A DNA stretch of 29,522 nt, from contig JAVJWO010000122.1 in the NCBI GenBank assembly GCA_040222015.1, positions 1 to 29,522 on the forward strand, given 5' to 3'. The notes under the pieces are model-generated. The model ran no database searches and was not told the origin of the DNA. It saw only the letters and a list, made by a program, of their open reading frames with translations. Source of the stretch: Coleofasciculus chthonoplastes F2-STO-03 (GTDB lineage: Bacteria; Cyanobacteriota; Cyanobacteriia; Cyanobacteriales; Coleofasciculaceae). Positions 8,913-19,387 of this stretch are shown here, piece by piece. The position numbers and the translations under genes were made by a program. The stretch's first letter is position 1. Every line of letters starts with the position of its first letter.

Positions 8913-9607
8913 ATTCTGTAAGCTTGCCAAGCTAACTCTAATGTTGCCATTTCACTCCAAAAATTATTGGTATTTCGCAACGCCAATAATCGTGAGGCGC
9001 ATTCATCCCGGTTGATGATACTGCACGCCCAGGTTACCAGATTTTCAAAGTTTACCGTTTGTCCTGTGGGGTAACTCCAGCGGGTGCCAAACTTCGCGAT
9101 TTCCCCATTGGGATAGTACCAGCGAGAGGCGACTTTTGCCGTTTGTCCGTTGGGATAGTTCCAAATTGCGCCAAATTTGGCTGTTTGTCCGTTGGGATAC
9201 TGCCAATTGTCACCGATTTTCGCCCGTTGTCCATTCGGATATTCAATAATTGCTCGTCCCCAGGTATCGGCTAATCCACAGGCGAATTGTTGTTGACTCT
9301 CCACTAATCGCACCAGATTGTTATTTCCGTCAGACAGTCGCGCCAGTCGTGTCATGATGGTGAGATCCAGACATTCCTGGCTGGCGGTTGGCGGTGGAAT
9401 CGTTTCTACTGCTGAGGGTTGGGCGGTGTCACAGTATTGCGCTTCTAGAGTAGCCAGGTTTTCGTCGTCTAAGCCTTGTTGTATCGCGAGGCGGCGTACC
9501 TGGCGAATTTGGCGGCATTGAGTAGGCGTGGCGTCAGCGCGATCGCGACTTATGCCCAGCACCAGTAGGGGTAATAGTGATAGTACCACCCGAATCGCCT
9601 GTTTCAT
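8852..9607 (-). CDS. Secreted Cys-containing hypothetical protein with five 15-aa W.YPNGQ.AK.G repeats; last ~19 aa supplied by the inserted element
   Basis: Signal-peptide-like N-terminus; repeats EYPNGQRAKIG / WQYPNGQTAKFG / WNYPNGQTAKVA / WYYPNGEIAKFG / WSYPTGQ. Confidence 0.8.
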   Translation of the reverse strand: MKQAIRVVLSLLPLLVLGISRDRADATPTQCRQIRQVRRLAIQQGLDDENLATLEAQYCDTAQPSAVETIPPPTASQECLDLTIMTRLARLSDGNNNLVRLVESQQQFACGLADTWGRAIIEYPNGQRAKIGDNWQYPNGQTAKFGAIWNYPNGQTAKVASRWYYPNGEIAKFGTRWSYPTGQTVNFENLVTWACSIINRDECASRLLALRNTNNFWSEMATLELAWQAYRISDGAGSLVIHLRDETERCV

Positions 9608-9822
9608 AGAGATAAATAATCCTTATCCTATAGAATCCCCATATCTAGATTATTTTAAGGGATAAGACTCAGAATGATAGTAATCTTGGTTGCCTTGCCC
9701 TCTCAAAAAAAAGCATCAAAGCTTTGCTGTATCAATGTTTTCCAGTTATTCAGGGTTAATTTCATAACCCAGTTCTCATATTTGTTCGGACTCAACCTCA
9801 GTGTATATATGGTATCGGTTCT

Positions 9823-9875
9823 CCCTGTTCCCTGTTCCCTGTTCCCTGTTCCCTGTTCCCTGTTCCCTGTTCCCT
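9823..9875 (+). repeat. STRR-type heptamer tandem repeat (CCCTGTT)x7 plus a partial unit
   Basis: Read directly from the sequence. Confidence 0.95.
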
Positions 9876-9925
9876 ACTCTCAACCGTTAACTTTAATGAC
9901 AGACAATTAAAGTTCATCGATCAGA

Positions 9926-10870
9926 CTATTTTCCTTTAATCCTGTCATAGTTCTCAACAAACCATTGGTAGGTCAATTCTAGACCTTTCTTTAACGAAAT
10001 TTTGGGGTGCCAACCAGCGGCATTAATTTTTGAGGTATCTAAGAGTTTACGTGGTGTGCCATCTGGTTTAGAGGAATCAAATTTTAACTCACCTTCATAG
10101 CCAACCACCGCTTTAATTAACATCGCCAAGTCTTTGATCGAAACTTCTTCTCCTGTACCCACATTCACGAATTGGATATCGTCATAGTGATTCATCAGGA
10201 AAACTAAGGCATCAGCTAAGTCATCCACGTATAAAAATTCCCGCAGCGGCGAACCCGTTCCCCAAATTTCCACAGCCTCAGCCTTGTTAATTTTAGCTTC
10301 ATGGGTTTTTCGCAACAGGGCGGGGAGAACGTGGGAATTGGCTAAATCGAAATTATCATTAAGACCATAGAGATTCGTGGGCATAGCGGAGATGAAATTC
10401 ACGCCATACTGCCGACAATAATTCTCGCAAAGTTTGAGTCCGGCAATTTTCGCGATCGCATAAGGTTCATTTGTGGGTTCCAGAAACCCAGTCAGGAGGT
10501 GTTCTTCCTGCATCGGCTGGGGACATAGTTTTGGATAGATACAGGATGAGCCGAGAAATAACAACTTTTCCACACCAGACAAATAGGCGTTATGAATAAT
10601 ATTTGACTCAATCATTAAGTTGTCATAGAGAAACTCAGCCCGGTAGGTATTGTTGGCATTAATTCCCCCGACTTTTGCCGCCGCGATAAACACGTACTCT
10701 GGACGTTCAGCGGCAAAGAAATTCTCAACGTCTTGCTGGCGTCTTAAGTCCACCTCTTCGCTGGTTTTGAGGATAAGATTGGTATAACCGTTATCGCGTA
10801 AATGTCTAACAATGGCGCTACCCACTAAGCCACGATGACCGGCTACATAAATTTTTGAGTCCTTGTTCAT
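9926..10870 (-). CDS. fcl: GDP-L-fucose synthase
   Basis: [54 protein letters not shown]. Homology begins at MNKDSK (10870; 10876 possible); the ORF-track extension to 11005 is probably not translated. Confidence 0.95.
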   Translation of the reverse strand: MNKDSKIYVAGHRGLVGSAIVRHLRDNGYTNLILKTSEEVDLRRQQDVENFFAAERPEYVFIAAAKVGGINANNTYRAEFLYDNLMIESNIIHNAYLSGVEKLLFLGSSCIYPKLCPQPMQEEHLLTGFLEPTNEPYAIAKIAGLKLCENYCRQYGVNFISAMPTNLYGLNDNFDLANSHVLPALLRKTHEAKINKAEAVEIWGTGSPLREFLYVDDLADALVFLMNHYDDIQFVNVGTGEEVSIKDLAMLIKAVVGYEGELKFDSSKPDGTPRKLLDTSKINAAGWHPKISLKKGLELTYQWFVENYDRIKGK

Positions 10871-11001
10871 GGTCATATTAGATTTTTGAAAACACTGAAT
10901 AATCCCTAATTCCAGGGTGGATAATATTGATCCATTATTATTTATTTTCTTCTCTAAGTAACTTGCATCCACCCTGACAAATACGTACTTTTGACGTTGG
11001 C

Positions 11002-12090
11002 TCAATCAACAGGTGCGTGAGCAGCGGAACGTTCGTAACTATTTTCATTGTGTTTTTCAAACAGTTCTGCCCCTTCACCATTCAATGATGACTCGCCGAA
11101 GCTGCGTAAATCGGCTTCCACCATCAGGGCGACTAACTGTTCAAACGATAAAGACGGTTGCCAATTTAGCTTTTGCTTGACTTTCGTGGGATCACCAATG
11201 AGTAATTCGACTTCCGCAGGACGTAAATAACGGGGGTCAAACTCTACATAATCTTGCCAATTCTTACCGACACAGTTAAAGGCAATATCCAAAAATTCGC
11301 GAATTGAGTGAGTTTCACCTGTGGCGACGACGTAATCGTCGGGTTCGTCTTGTTGCAGCATCAGCCACATGGCTTGAACATAGTCTTTTGCATAGCCCCA
11401 GTCTCGCTTGGCGTCTAGATTCCCCAGATAGAGTTTTTTCTGCTGTCCAGACACAATCCGGGCGATCGCACGAGTAATCTTACGGGTGACAAAGGTTTCC
11501 CCCCGACGCGGCGATTCATGGTTAAACAAGATACCATTGCAACCAAATATCTCGTAAGACTCGCGATAATTCACCGTTTGCCAATGGGCATACGCCTTAG
11601 CACAAGCATAAGGACTACGGGGATAAAATGGAGTGGTTTCCTTTTGGGGAACTTCCTGGACTTTACCAAACATTTCCGACGAACCCGCCTGATAGAAGCG
11701 CACATCAATACCTGTGCGATTTCGATAATCCCGAATCGCTTCCAACAGGCGCAGGGTTCCCATTCCTACCGCATCCACCGTATATTCCGGACAGTCAAAA
11801 CTGACGCGAACGTGAGATTGAGCGCCCAAATTGTAAATTTCTTTGGGTCTAACCTCTTCGAGAATGCGGCGCAAGGTAACGCCATCGGTCAAGTCTCCGT
11901 AGTGCAGAAATAATCGGGCAGCCTGATTATGAGGATCAACATAGATATGGTCAATGCGATCGGTGTTAAAGGTGGAAGTCCGCCGGACAATCCCGTGAAC
12001 TTCGTAGCCTTTCTCTAGTAATAACTCACTTAAGTAGGAACCGTCTTGACCTGTTATGCCTGTAATCAGCGCTCGTTTGGGTTGCGTCAT
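11002..12090 (-). CDS. gmd: GDP-mannose 4,6-dehydratase
   Basis: [56 protein letters not shown]. Confidence 0.97.
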   Translation of the reverse strand: MTQPKRALITGITGQDGSYLSELLLEKGYEVHGIVRRTSTFNTDRIDHIYVDPHNQAARLFLHYGDLTDGVTLRRILEEVRPKEIYNLGAQSHVRVSFDCPEYTVDAVGMGTLRLLEAIRDYRNRTGIDVRFYQAGSSEMFGKVQEVPQKETTPFYPRSPYACAKAYAHWQTVNYRESYEIFGCNGILFNHESPRRGETFVTRKITRAIARIVSGQQKKLYLGNLDAKRDWGYAKDYVQAMWLMLQQDEPDDYVVATGETHSIREFLDIAFNCVGKNWQDYVEFDPRYLRPAEVELLIGDPTKVKQKLNWQPSLSFEQLVALMVEADLRSFGESSLNGEGAELFEKHNENSYERSAAHAPVD

Positions 12091-12484
12091 CCTTGAATCG
12101 TCCTGTGATGCGTATGGGCAACAGTGGTGGACAAAAGTGTTAATCTCCCATCTGGATTTTGGGATCAGGGAAATTATTCCTTAGATTATCCTAAAATTCC
12201 CAGCATCGATCAACTTTCTTTTGACTCATAACTTATCAAGCCTACCATGTCGGAGTTCGATGATCTCTCTGGCGCGATTTTGCCATCGTTGTTTAGTCCG
12301 GTGTTTGGTTTATTTCCGTCAAAACCCAGGAAAGTCCTGTCTGGAATAGTCGGCTCCCTGTTTTGATGATTCAACGGTTGCCAATCCCGTTTTCCCGACT
12401 TTCACCGCCACTAAGCACCTGGACATAAATTATGTCCGCTGCACTAAGAAATGTTAACCCGCTTCAAATTGTTACTGTTCCCTG

Positions 12485-12635
12485 TGACACACCGAGTGTG
12501 TTACCGAGCTTGTTACCGAGCGAAGCCGAGGTAAGCGATGCCCTGAGTGCTCATACCAAGTTTCATTCAAAGATATATCTTTCCCTCCCCCTGCTTCCCC
12601 TGCTTCCCCTGCTTTTCCTAACCGTTAACCTTAAT
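12485..12635. repeat. Cluster of short dispersed/tandem repeats (TGTTACCGAG x2, GAGCGAAGCCGAGG, CCCCTGCTT x3)
   Basis: Read directly from the sequence; explains the spurious 12432..12653 ORF. Confidence 0.7.
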
Positions 12636-12771
12636 GAAAGTCCAACTAATTAGCGATAGATAAACTAAGCATTGAACGCCGAAGCCATCCCAATACTACG
12701 CTCATTTACTACATTTGAGCCGAGAGGTTTAATTCTGGATTAATCCTCCCATGCTCCCCATGCTTAATTCG

Positions 12772-13503
12772 TCAGTAAGCCCCATTATTTTTGGGAGCAA
12801 TCATTACGCCGATAGTTTTCATAACCAGCCATAAATCAAGCCAAAAATTTTGGAAGTTCACGTAATAAACATCGATTTGTACCCGATGTTTATAGGGAAT
12901 GTCATTGCGCCCTGAAACTTGCCATAGTCCAGTAATGCCTGGTTTAATTGTCAAGATTTTATCCATGTAACGCCCGTACTTATGCATTTCTTCCGGGACT
13001 AAGGGTCGAGGACCTACCACACTCATATCTCCTTTCAAAACATTCCAAAATTGTGGGAATTCATCCAAACTGGTATATCGCAAAAATTTACCAATCCAGG
13101 TAACTCTGGGGTCTTCCTTGAGCTTGAAATTAGCTTCAAACTCACAACGAATAGAGGTTGATTTTGTCATCATTTCTATCAACATTTCATCAGCATTTTC
13201 CACCATCGTTCTAAATTTAATGCAGCTAAACGGCTTATAATCTTTACCGATTCGCTCCTGAACATAAAAAATAGGACCCGGTGAACTGATAGCGATTAGG
13301 ATGGCTAAGAGCAGGTAAATCGGGAAAAACAACGTGAGAATCGATAGGGAAAATACGACATCAAACAGCCGCTTGGCAAAAATTCCGTCTAAGCGATATC
13401 GAGACAGACCTTTGGGTCTACTGCGTGGAGCGCGGGGCTGGATACCACGCTTCACGAACGCTCGCAACGTCTTGACGGAGATAAGTTGGCTTTGGGCAGT
13501 CAT
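12772..13503 (-). CDS. Polyprenyl-phosphate sugar phosphotransferase (Bac_transf; WbaP/WcaJ C-terminal type)
   Basis: KRLFDVVFS, one TM helix, KFRTM, DPRVT.IGKFLR.TSLDEFPQFWNVLKGDMSVVGPRP, KPGITGLWQVSGR. Confidence 0.93.
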   Translation of the reverse strand: MTAQSQLISVKTLRAFVKRGIQPRAPRSRPKGLSRYRLDGIFAKRLFDVVFSLSILTLFFPIYLLLAILIAISSPGPIFYVQERIGKDYKPFSCIKFRTMVENADEMLIEMMTKSTSIRCEFEANFKLKEDPRVTWIGKFLRYTSLDEFPQFWNVLKGDMSVVGPRPLVPEEMHKYGRYMDKILTIKPGITGLWQVSGRNDIPYKHRVQIDVYYVNFQNFWLDLWLVMKTIGVMIAPKNNGAY

Positions 13504-13594
13504 CTTACTCCTTCACTTCACACCACACGTCACGATCATAAAGCCAGAAGCGGTTAGCTAAGGAAATAGCGACCAGGAAACTGGAATTTATGAC

Positions 13595-14731
13595 TCAACA
13601 TCGCGACAGGTGGTCTCCATAGCAGCCGTCCAGAAACGTCAAGTAGCGATCGCTAAAAACAGTTGGCGCAAATTGAGCCGCGTTTAATTGTATCTGTTCG
13701 GGACTAAAGGCAGTGGATCGTGCTTCAAAGGCTTCCACCGCCTCCATCAAAGCCTGAGGACTTTGGTCTAGAAAAAACAGACCCGTACCCTTATCCGGAT
13801 GTTTCCGGATATCCTGAACGGTTTCCAATGCCCCACCAGCACCATAGGCAATGACCGGTGTACCACAAGCTTGAGCTTCCACCAAGGCAATGCCAAAATC
13901 TTCACAGGCAGCATAGACAAAGGCTTTTGCCTGTGCCATATACTCCTCGACCACGCGATCGGAACAAAAACCCAGGACTTGCACGTTGGGTTTAGCCAGA
14001 TGGCGCAGCGCCTGCAATTGAGGTCCATCACCAATGACGACCAAAGGATATCCCAGTTGATTGAACGCCTCCACGATTAAAGTCACTTGCTTGTAACTAA
14101 CCAATCGAGAAACCGTCACGTAAAAATCTGACTTTTGAGCCTGGAAAGAAAACCGTTCAGTATGAACCGGAGGGTAAATCACCTGTGCCTCTCGCCTGTA
14201 GCAGCGCCAAATCCGTCGTGCTGTATGGCGGGAGTTGGCAATAAAATAATCCACCCGATTGGCTGAGATCACATCCCATTGACGCAACCGATGCAGCAGA
14301 TACCGCGTGATTGACCCAGGGAGTCCCCGCCCCATAGCGCTGCTGTTGAGGTAATCAAAGGTCAAATCCCAAGCGTAGCGCATCGGTGTATGGCAGTAGC
14401 AGATGTGCAACTGTTGCGGACGAGTCAGAACCCCTTTAGCAACAGCATGGGAGGAGGAGAGGATCACATCGTAATCCCGCAAGTCTAGCTGTTCAATAGC
14501 TAAGGGCAGCAGGGGTAAATATTTCTGCACCCCCTTGCTAGCCAAAGGAAAATGCTGTAGAAAGGTCGTACCAATCCGGCGTCCAAACAAATAACTGTGG
14601 GGATTGGTTGATTCAAAATCAATCAAAGCATACAAATCAGCATCAACGGACTTGAGGATTTCTCGAACCACCAGTTCAGAACCACCCGTTGCGTTGGGAG
14701 TCAGCCACTCGTGCACCAAGGCATATTTCAA
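13595..14731 (-). CDS. Glycosyltransferase family 4 (mannosyltransferase-like)
   Basis: ALVHEWL...GGSE.V, CYCHTPMRYAWD, EDFGIALVEAQACGTPVIAYG.GG. Confidence 0.93.
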   Translation of the reverse strand: MKYALVHEWLTPNATGGSELVVREILKSVDADLYALIDFESTNPHSYLFGRRIGTTFLQHFPLASKGVQKYLPLLPLAIEQLDLRDYDVILSSSHAVAKGVLTRPQQLHICYCHTPMRYAWDLTFDYLNSSAMGRGLPGSITRYLLHRLRQWDVISANRVDYFIANSRHTARRIWRCYRREAQVIYPPVHTERFSFQAQKSDFYVTVSRLVSYKQVTLIVEAFNQLGYPLVVIGDGPQLQALRHLAKPNVQVLGFCSDRVVEEYMAQAKAFVYAACEDFGIALVEAQACGTPVIAYGAGGALETVQDIRKHPDKGTGLFFLDQSPQALMEAVEAFEARSTAFSPEQIQLNAAQFAPTVFSDRYLTFLDGCYGDHLSRC

Positions 14732-14799
14732 GAATCGTTATCCCCCAATACCAGACTGTTCAGATAAGCTGTAGTTTCATTTATTCTCCCCCAGCTCCC

Positions 14800-14823
14800 A
14801 GACGTAGCATGCTACGTCTCTAC
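14800..14823 (-). repeat. GTAGAGACG-type REP palindrome flanked by CTCCCCCAG repeats
   Basis: AGACGTAGC-at-GCTACGTCT-CTAC. Confidence 0.75.
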
Positions 14824-14857
14824 ATGATCCTCATCTCCCCCAGCTCCCCCTATATCA

Positions 14858-15370
14858 TTATTGACCGGAGCAGTAAGCATTAAGATTATCAACTAATTGC
14901 TTTTCTGGAGTCGTTGCTTGCTGTAAACTCATCTGTGCTGTTTCCGCCCCTTGGCGGTCTTTCTGCTCAAACGCCACCGCGAAATTAAGCATCGCTTGAC
15001 TCGTATCGCGATACATGTTAACAAAACTGGCTTGATAGTCTTGCAACGTCTCGTCGGTTACCTCGATCGCGTTCATTTCTTCAGAAGCCTTATCCATGAC
15101 AGCCGCCGCTTGTCGCATTGCCTCAGCTTGTGGATTGTCCTCTTGAACTCCACTGGTCACGACTTTGGCGTCACTGACCGCCTGATTCGCCACTTGAATC
15201 ATTTGATTACACTGGGCAACCTTGCTCTGACCACAGCTTACTGCCAATAGGCTAATCACAGCTGTGACACTTAGCCGCAGGAAATTTCGCCGGGGACGAT
15301 ACCTATTGCAAAAGGCAGAAGGCAGCAGGCAGAGGGCAGAAGGGTTATTCCTAATACGTGGTCGTTTCAT
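14858..15370 (-). CDS. Hypothetical helical lipoprotein
   Basis: Basic n-region, hydrophobic stretch and lipobox LAVS-C; helical mature part with a Cys near each end. Start uncertain. Confidence 0.75.
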   Translation of the reverse strand: MKRPRIRNNPSALCLLPSAFCNRYRPRRNFLRLSVTAVISLLAVSCGQSKVAQCNQMIQVANQAVSDAKVVTSGVQEDNPQAEAMRQAAAVMDKASEEMNAIEVTDETLQDYQASFVNMYRDTSQAMLNFAVAFEQKDRQGAETAQMSLQQATTPEKQLVDNLNAYCSGQ

Positions 15371-15398
15371 CCGTTAAGAAAATTCTCACCTTTATGTC

Positions 15399-15776
15399 CT
15401 AGCTTACTGACTTCTGCTGGGCTTCGATGGCAGCCGCAAGGCGTTGGAGTGTTTCAGTGAGTTCTCCAAGTTCTGCGAGTGACTCATTTTGGTTTTCGGC
15501 TAAGGTTTGCACCGCATCACTCAAGGCAAAGAGTTGGTAACCCTGTTGTTGAACTTGATGCCCTTGGTGTTGTACCTGCACAGCCAAAGCATCAACCCGC
15601 TTGCCCAGACACTCAACCGTCTCGGTTGTGGTAAGCACCGCCTCACCAATTTGCCCAACAATGGATTCCAAACGGCTGAGTCGAGCTTCCAGGGCAAGAG
15701 TCCTTTTGTTGGTAGAGTTGAGGTTGTTTGTAGCCTTTCCAGTCTGGGTGTGTTTATTCACCGATAATTGTTTCAC
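15399..15776 (-). CDS. Hypothetical coiled-coil protein
   Basis: Heptad-like LEARLSRLESIVGQI..LAVQVQ..LSDAVQTLAE. The upstream part of the 209-aa ORF overlaps galE, so the start was moved to GTG 15776 (or 15761). Confidence 0.65.
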   Translation of the reverse strand: MKQLSVNKHTQTGKATNNLNSTNKRTLALEARLSRLESIVGQIGEAVLTTTETVECLGKRVDALAVQVQHQGHQVQQQGYQLFALSDAVQTLAENQNESLAELGELTETLQRLAAAIEAQQKSVS

Positions 15777-15837
15777 TGCTTCAAAAAACTTATGTGAACT
15801 CCCAGTTTCTAAGAAAATAGCAATTGTCCATACTTTA

Positions 15838-16842
15838 CTAATGATGACGCCGTTGATGCCACTGCCAAGCATCGCTGATAATTTTACTGAGTTCCGGGTA
15901 TTTGGCAGACCAACCCAAAATTTTCCTCGCCTTGTCGCTACTACCCACCAAAATCGGTGCATCACCAGGGCGGCGATCGCACTCAATGATTTTAATCTCT
16001 TTCTGGGTGACTTGCCTTGCTGTTTCAATCACCTGTCGCACGGAGAAACCATTGCCACTGCCTAAATTAAAGATTTCACTCTTGCCACCTTGTAACAAAT
16101 ACTCTAGCCCGAGGATATGGGCATCTGCCAAGTCGCTGACATGAATATAATCGCGCAAGCAGGTTCCGTCTGGGGTGGAGTAGTCTGTTCCCCAAATGGC
16201 AATTGAGTCGCGTTTGCCTAATACTGTCCACAAGACCAAGGGAATCAGATGGGTTTCTGGGTAATGATCTTCACCGAGTAGTCCTTCAGGATTCGCCCCA
16301 GCCGCGTTGAAAAAGCGAAACACAATGAAACGTAACTGGTAGGCGCGATCAAAATCCGCTAGCATCCGCTCCATCATCCACTTACTCGTGGCATAAGGAT
16401 TAATCGGATTTTGCGGATGGACTTCGGTCATTGGTACTTCCTGAGGCATCCCGTAGACTGCACAGGTGGAGGGAAACACTAAGGTTTTCACCTCAGCGGC
16501 GACCATGGCTTCTAAGAGGGTCAGGGTGCCACTCACGTTATTGCGGTAGTATTTGGCGGGGTAGATGACCGACTCCCCCACGGCAATATAGGCGGCAAAG
16601 TGGAGTACAGCAGCAATATTGTGGCTGGCGAAGATTTGGTCTAACAGGGTGCGATCGCCCACATCCCCGATCACCAATTTCACTTTCAGGATCTCTTCTA
16701 CAAACTCTCGATGTCCACAGACCAGGTTATCCAGTACAACGACGTTGTAACCCGCCCGTTGCAGGGCTAATACTGTGTGAGAGCCAATGTATCCAGCTCC
16801 GCCAGTCACTAGAATTTCCGGTTGGACTTGCGACACGCTCAA
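15838..16842 (-). CDS. galE: UDP-glucose 4-epimerase
   Basis: ILVTGGAGYIGSHTV, HFAAYIAVGESV, NPYATSK, FNAAGA, TPDGTCLRDYIHV.DLADAH. Start TTG 16842 or GTG 16836. Confidence 0.93.
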   Translation of the reverse strand: MSVSQVQPEILVTGGAGYIGSHTVLALQRAGYNVVVLDNLVCGHREFVEEILKVKLVIGDVGDRTLLDQIFASHNIAAVLHFAAYIAVGESVIYPAKYYRNNVSGTLTLLEAMVAAEVKTLVFPSTCAVYGMPQEVPMTEVHPQNPINPYATSKWMMERMLADFDRAYQLRFIVFRFFNAAGANPEGLLGEDHYPETHLIPLVLWTVLGKRDSIAIWGTDYSTPDGTCLRDYIHVSDLADAHILGLEYLLQGGKSEIFNLGSGNGFSVRQVIETARQVTQKEIKIIECDRRPGDAPILVGSSDKARKILGWSAKYPELSKIISDAWQWHQRRHH

Positions 16843-17142
16843 ACCGTCCCTGTTTCGTTTTATAGACTAACTTTACAAATATTTTGGCTATTTGTCTTTG
16901 CTTGAATAGTAATTTTGCTCAAAACCTCTCCCCCTCCCCTCTCCCTGATTTCCCTCATGCTTGTGGACAATGACGAGTATAATGCCCGTGTTAGGGTTAT
17001 TTGAACCATGCTCTCCCCAAGTGATACGTTACACAAAACCTGATCCCAATCACCCCTAACTTGTTAATTGTTATTTTGAGGAGTCAGACTAACAAGTAAC
17101 AATTCCTCGCTCACTATCCAAACGTTACACCGTCAAAACACA

Positions 17143-18117
17143 ATGTTTTTACTACTGACTCGAATCCTAATCTGGCTGCTGATTGCAGTTATTCTCTACA
17201 ACCTGTTTAAGAAGGTAATCCCCAAGGAGTATTTTACCTTGCTTGGGGGTTTATTTCTGTTTGGCTTCATTGTTGTGGCGTTTTTCTCTCCCGGCAATGA
17301 TGCAGTATCAACGATTTGGAAGGTTCTCTCGTTTTTCTTGAAACCTGTCGGTGCTTCCATCGTGCTGTTGGGTTTTGCCCTCCGCCAAGGGCTGGACAAG
17401 TCAAAGAACCAGGTTATGGCAGCCTTACTAATTTTACTCCTCGCCAGCACGCCCTTTTTCTCTAACCTGTTGGCGGCTAGCACGGAACAAACAGTGGTTA
17501 CGCCTGAGTCGGCGGCGGCTCAAACCGCCTCAGCGATTGTGGTTCTTGGACAAGGCACCACCCAACCCGATGAACCGCCTCGAACCCAAATTCAACTCAC
17601 CGATACGGGCGATCGCATTCTTTATGCCGCTCAACTGTATAGACAATCTGGCAATAACCCCTTAGTCGTGGTTAGTGCTGGTCCTCGACCTAATCTGGAA
17701 GGAAATCAAGACCAAGTTGTCGAAGCCAATGATATTCGCACCTTACTGGTACAGTTTGGGGTTCCCCAAACCCGGATTGTGGTTGAACCCACCGGTATCA
17801 ATCTCCGCACCAGCGCCGAAGAAGTCGAAGATATATTACGCGATCAGGGAATAGCAGATAATCGCATTTTTCTGGTTACTTCAGCCTATAACAGCCGTCG
17901 CGCCCAACAGGCGTTTAGAAGTGTAGGTCTCAACAATGTTGTGGCTAAACCGACGGATTTCTTTACCGTTCAACCGGGAACAACATCCCCAACCCAGTGG
18001 ATTGAATCCTTTATCCCCTCTGTAGAAGCGCTGACTGTCACGACGCGAATTGTGGAAGAGTTTTACGCCTCGATTTACTATTATTTGCGAGGTTGGCAAG
18101 CTCCTGCCGTTGTTTAA
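17143..18117 (+). CDS. YdcF/DUF218 family membrane protein
   Basis: Four N-terminal TM segments, AIVVLG.G, DRILYAAQLY, VVSAG, FLVTSAY.SRRA. Confidence 0.85.
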   Translation: MFLLLTRILIWLLIAVILYNLFKKVIPKEYFTLLGGLFLFGFIVVAFFSPGNDAVSTIWKVLSFFLKPVGASIVLLGFALRQGLDKSKNQVMAALLILLLASTPFFSNLLAASTEQTVVTPESAAAQTASAIVVLGQGTTQPDEPPRTQIQLTDTGDRILYAAQLYRQSGNNPLVVVSAGPRPNLEGNQDQVVEANDIRTLLVQFGVPQTRIVVEPTGINLRTSAEEVEDILRDQGIADNRIFLVTSAYNSRRAQQAFRSVGLNNVVAKPTDFFTVQPGTTSPTQWIESFIPSVEALTVTTRIVEEFYASIYYYLRGWQAPAVV

Positions 18118-18183
18118 CCATTTGGCGAATCTGAAAAATCTGCAAGGTGGGAACCCTTCACTTGGCTCAAGGGAACCTGGTTT

Positions 18184-18243
18184 GTAGGGGCGGGTTTCAC
18201 CATTATCGTTGCTTACCTTATCTAGACACAGCTAAACCCGCCC
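18184..18243 (+). repeat. Long-loop GTAG REP
   Basis: GTAG-GGGCGGGTTT...AAACCCGCCC. Confidence 0.75.
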
Positions 18244-18424
18244 TCTCTTCCCTATCATTCAAGACTTTAAAGTCAAACTTTCCTGGGAAATTAATCATAT
18301 AGAACAAGAGCAAGCGAGAGCCGCCTTAGATTACTGCCAGCAGCTTATTCAACAAATTGAAAGGAAAATTGAGCAGTTTTAAGCCAGTTTTATTTAAGTC
18401 GGTGGAATTAAAGTTAACGGCTGG

Positions 18425-18451
18425 TTCCCTATTCCCTGTTCCCTGTTCCCT
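18425..18451 (+). repeat. STRR-type heptamer repeat (TTCCCTG/A), about 4 units
   Basis: ttccctattccctgttccctgttccct. Confidence 0.8.
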
Positions 18452-18481
18452 CCCCTCACCACTATCCTTATTTAGCAACCC

Positions 18482-19387
18482 CTAACTGGGACTACAAGCA
18501 TAGTCTAATACGGGTTCTTGAAATCGGTTAGCTTTGAAATAGTTTTCATTCACGGAGATAGTATCCGTTACTTGACCATTTTCCACATCGCCAACTTTAA
18601 TTCGCGATAGTAACTCACGTTGGCAATTGCCTGAATATCTGACATATTTGCCATTGGCGTTCACATCGAAGTTAATCGCGTCTCCATTACGACTAATGGT
18701 ATTAATCCCGACTTCCCAAGGTTGGGGATTGACCCTACCTAACTCACCCCCAGACGAGGCTGTAGTTCCTGGAACGGGTCGCCATACGACACCTTCAATG
18801 GAATTTAAGCAGGCATTTTTACCACTCATATCTTTAAAACAGTCGCCGTTCTTGTTGAAAATAACCACTTGATCAACACTATTAAACTGTTTTAGTGTGT
18901 TGGTTACCGCTTTTTGGATTCCCGCATCTTCGCCAATTCCAGCCGTAGGGACTGTCCGACAAAATTGGAGTTGGGCAATTCCATTGGAGATATTAATGGT
19001 AAAGTTTTTACCACAGGTCGATTCGCCTCGGAAGTCAACTATGTCAGTAAATCCTTGCTCTTTTTCGGCGGATGTTGGTCCTTGAATAATTTGCTCAATT
19101 GCAAATTCAGCAACATCGACGCGGGATGTGGATCGGGTAACAGGTTCAACGTAGCCTATCGTTTGATTGTTGGCGGAAGGCTTGGGTAAAAAGACTTGAA
19201 TTTGCCTGAGATCATCTGAATTTTGGCTAATCATCTGGGGTTGATGTTGTGAGGTGGCTTCAGAGTTCTCAGGAGTGGTTACAGAGGTGATGTGCGCTTC
19301 CCCAGCAGATGCAGTGGTGAAGGATAGCGCCAAAACAGCACTCATCAACATTGATTGTTGTTTCAAATTGAGTTTACTCATACTCAT
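18482..19387 (-). CDS. Secreted GerMN (sporulation/germination) domain protein with an extra C-terminal domain
   Basis: Signal peptide; VEPVTR......AEFAIEQIIQGPT.AEK..G ... TNTLKQFNSVDQV GerMN pattern. Confidence 0.8.
   Translation of the reverse strand: MSMSKLNLKQQSMLMSAVLALSFTTASAGEAHITSVTTPENSEATSQHQPQMISQNSDDLRQIQVFLPKPSANNQTIGYVEPVTRSTSRVDVAEFAIEQIIQGPTSAEKEQGFTDIVDFRGESTCGKNFTINISNGIAQLQFCRTVPTAGIGEDAGIQKAVTNTLKQFNSVDQVVIFNKNGDCFKDMSGKNACLNSIEGVVWRPVPGTTASSGGELGRVNPQPWEVGINTISRNGDAINFDVNANGKYVRYSGNCQRELLSRIKVGDVENGQVTDTISVNENYFKANRFQEPVLDYACSPS

Noticed and set aside
9674..9910. 78-aa ORF with PVPCSLF repeats, and a possible GGTTG...CAACC MITE at about 9688-9797
   Set aside because: The ORF is a translation of the heptamer repeat. 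The putative inverted repeat is only 5 bp with no target duplication.
10871..11005. 44-aa N-terminal extension of fcl overlapping the gmd stop
   Set aside because: AT-rich and not homologous to the Fcl fold; more likely intergenic, although translational coupling cannot be excluded.
15777..16028. N-terminal extension of the 209-aa ORF
   Set aside because: It overlaps the galE 3' end in another frame and lacks the coiled-coil character of the downstream part.
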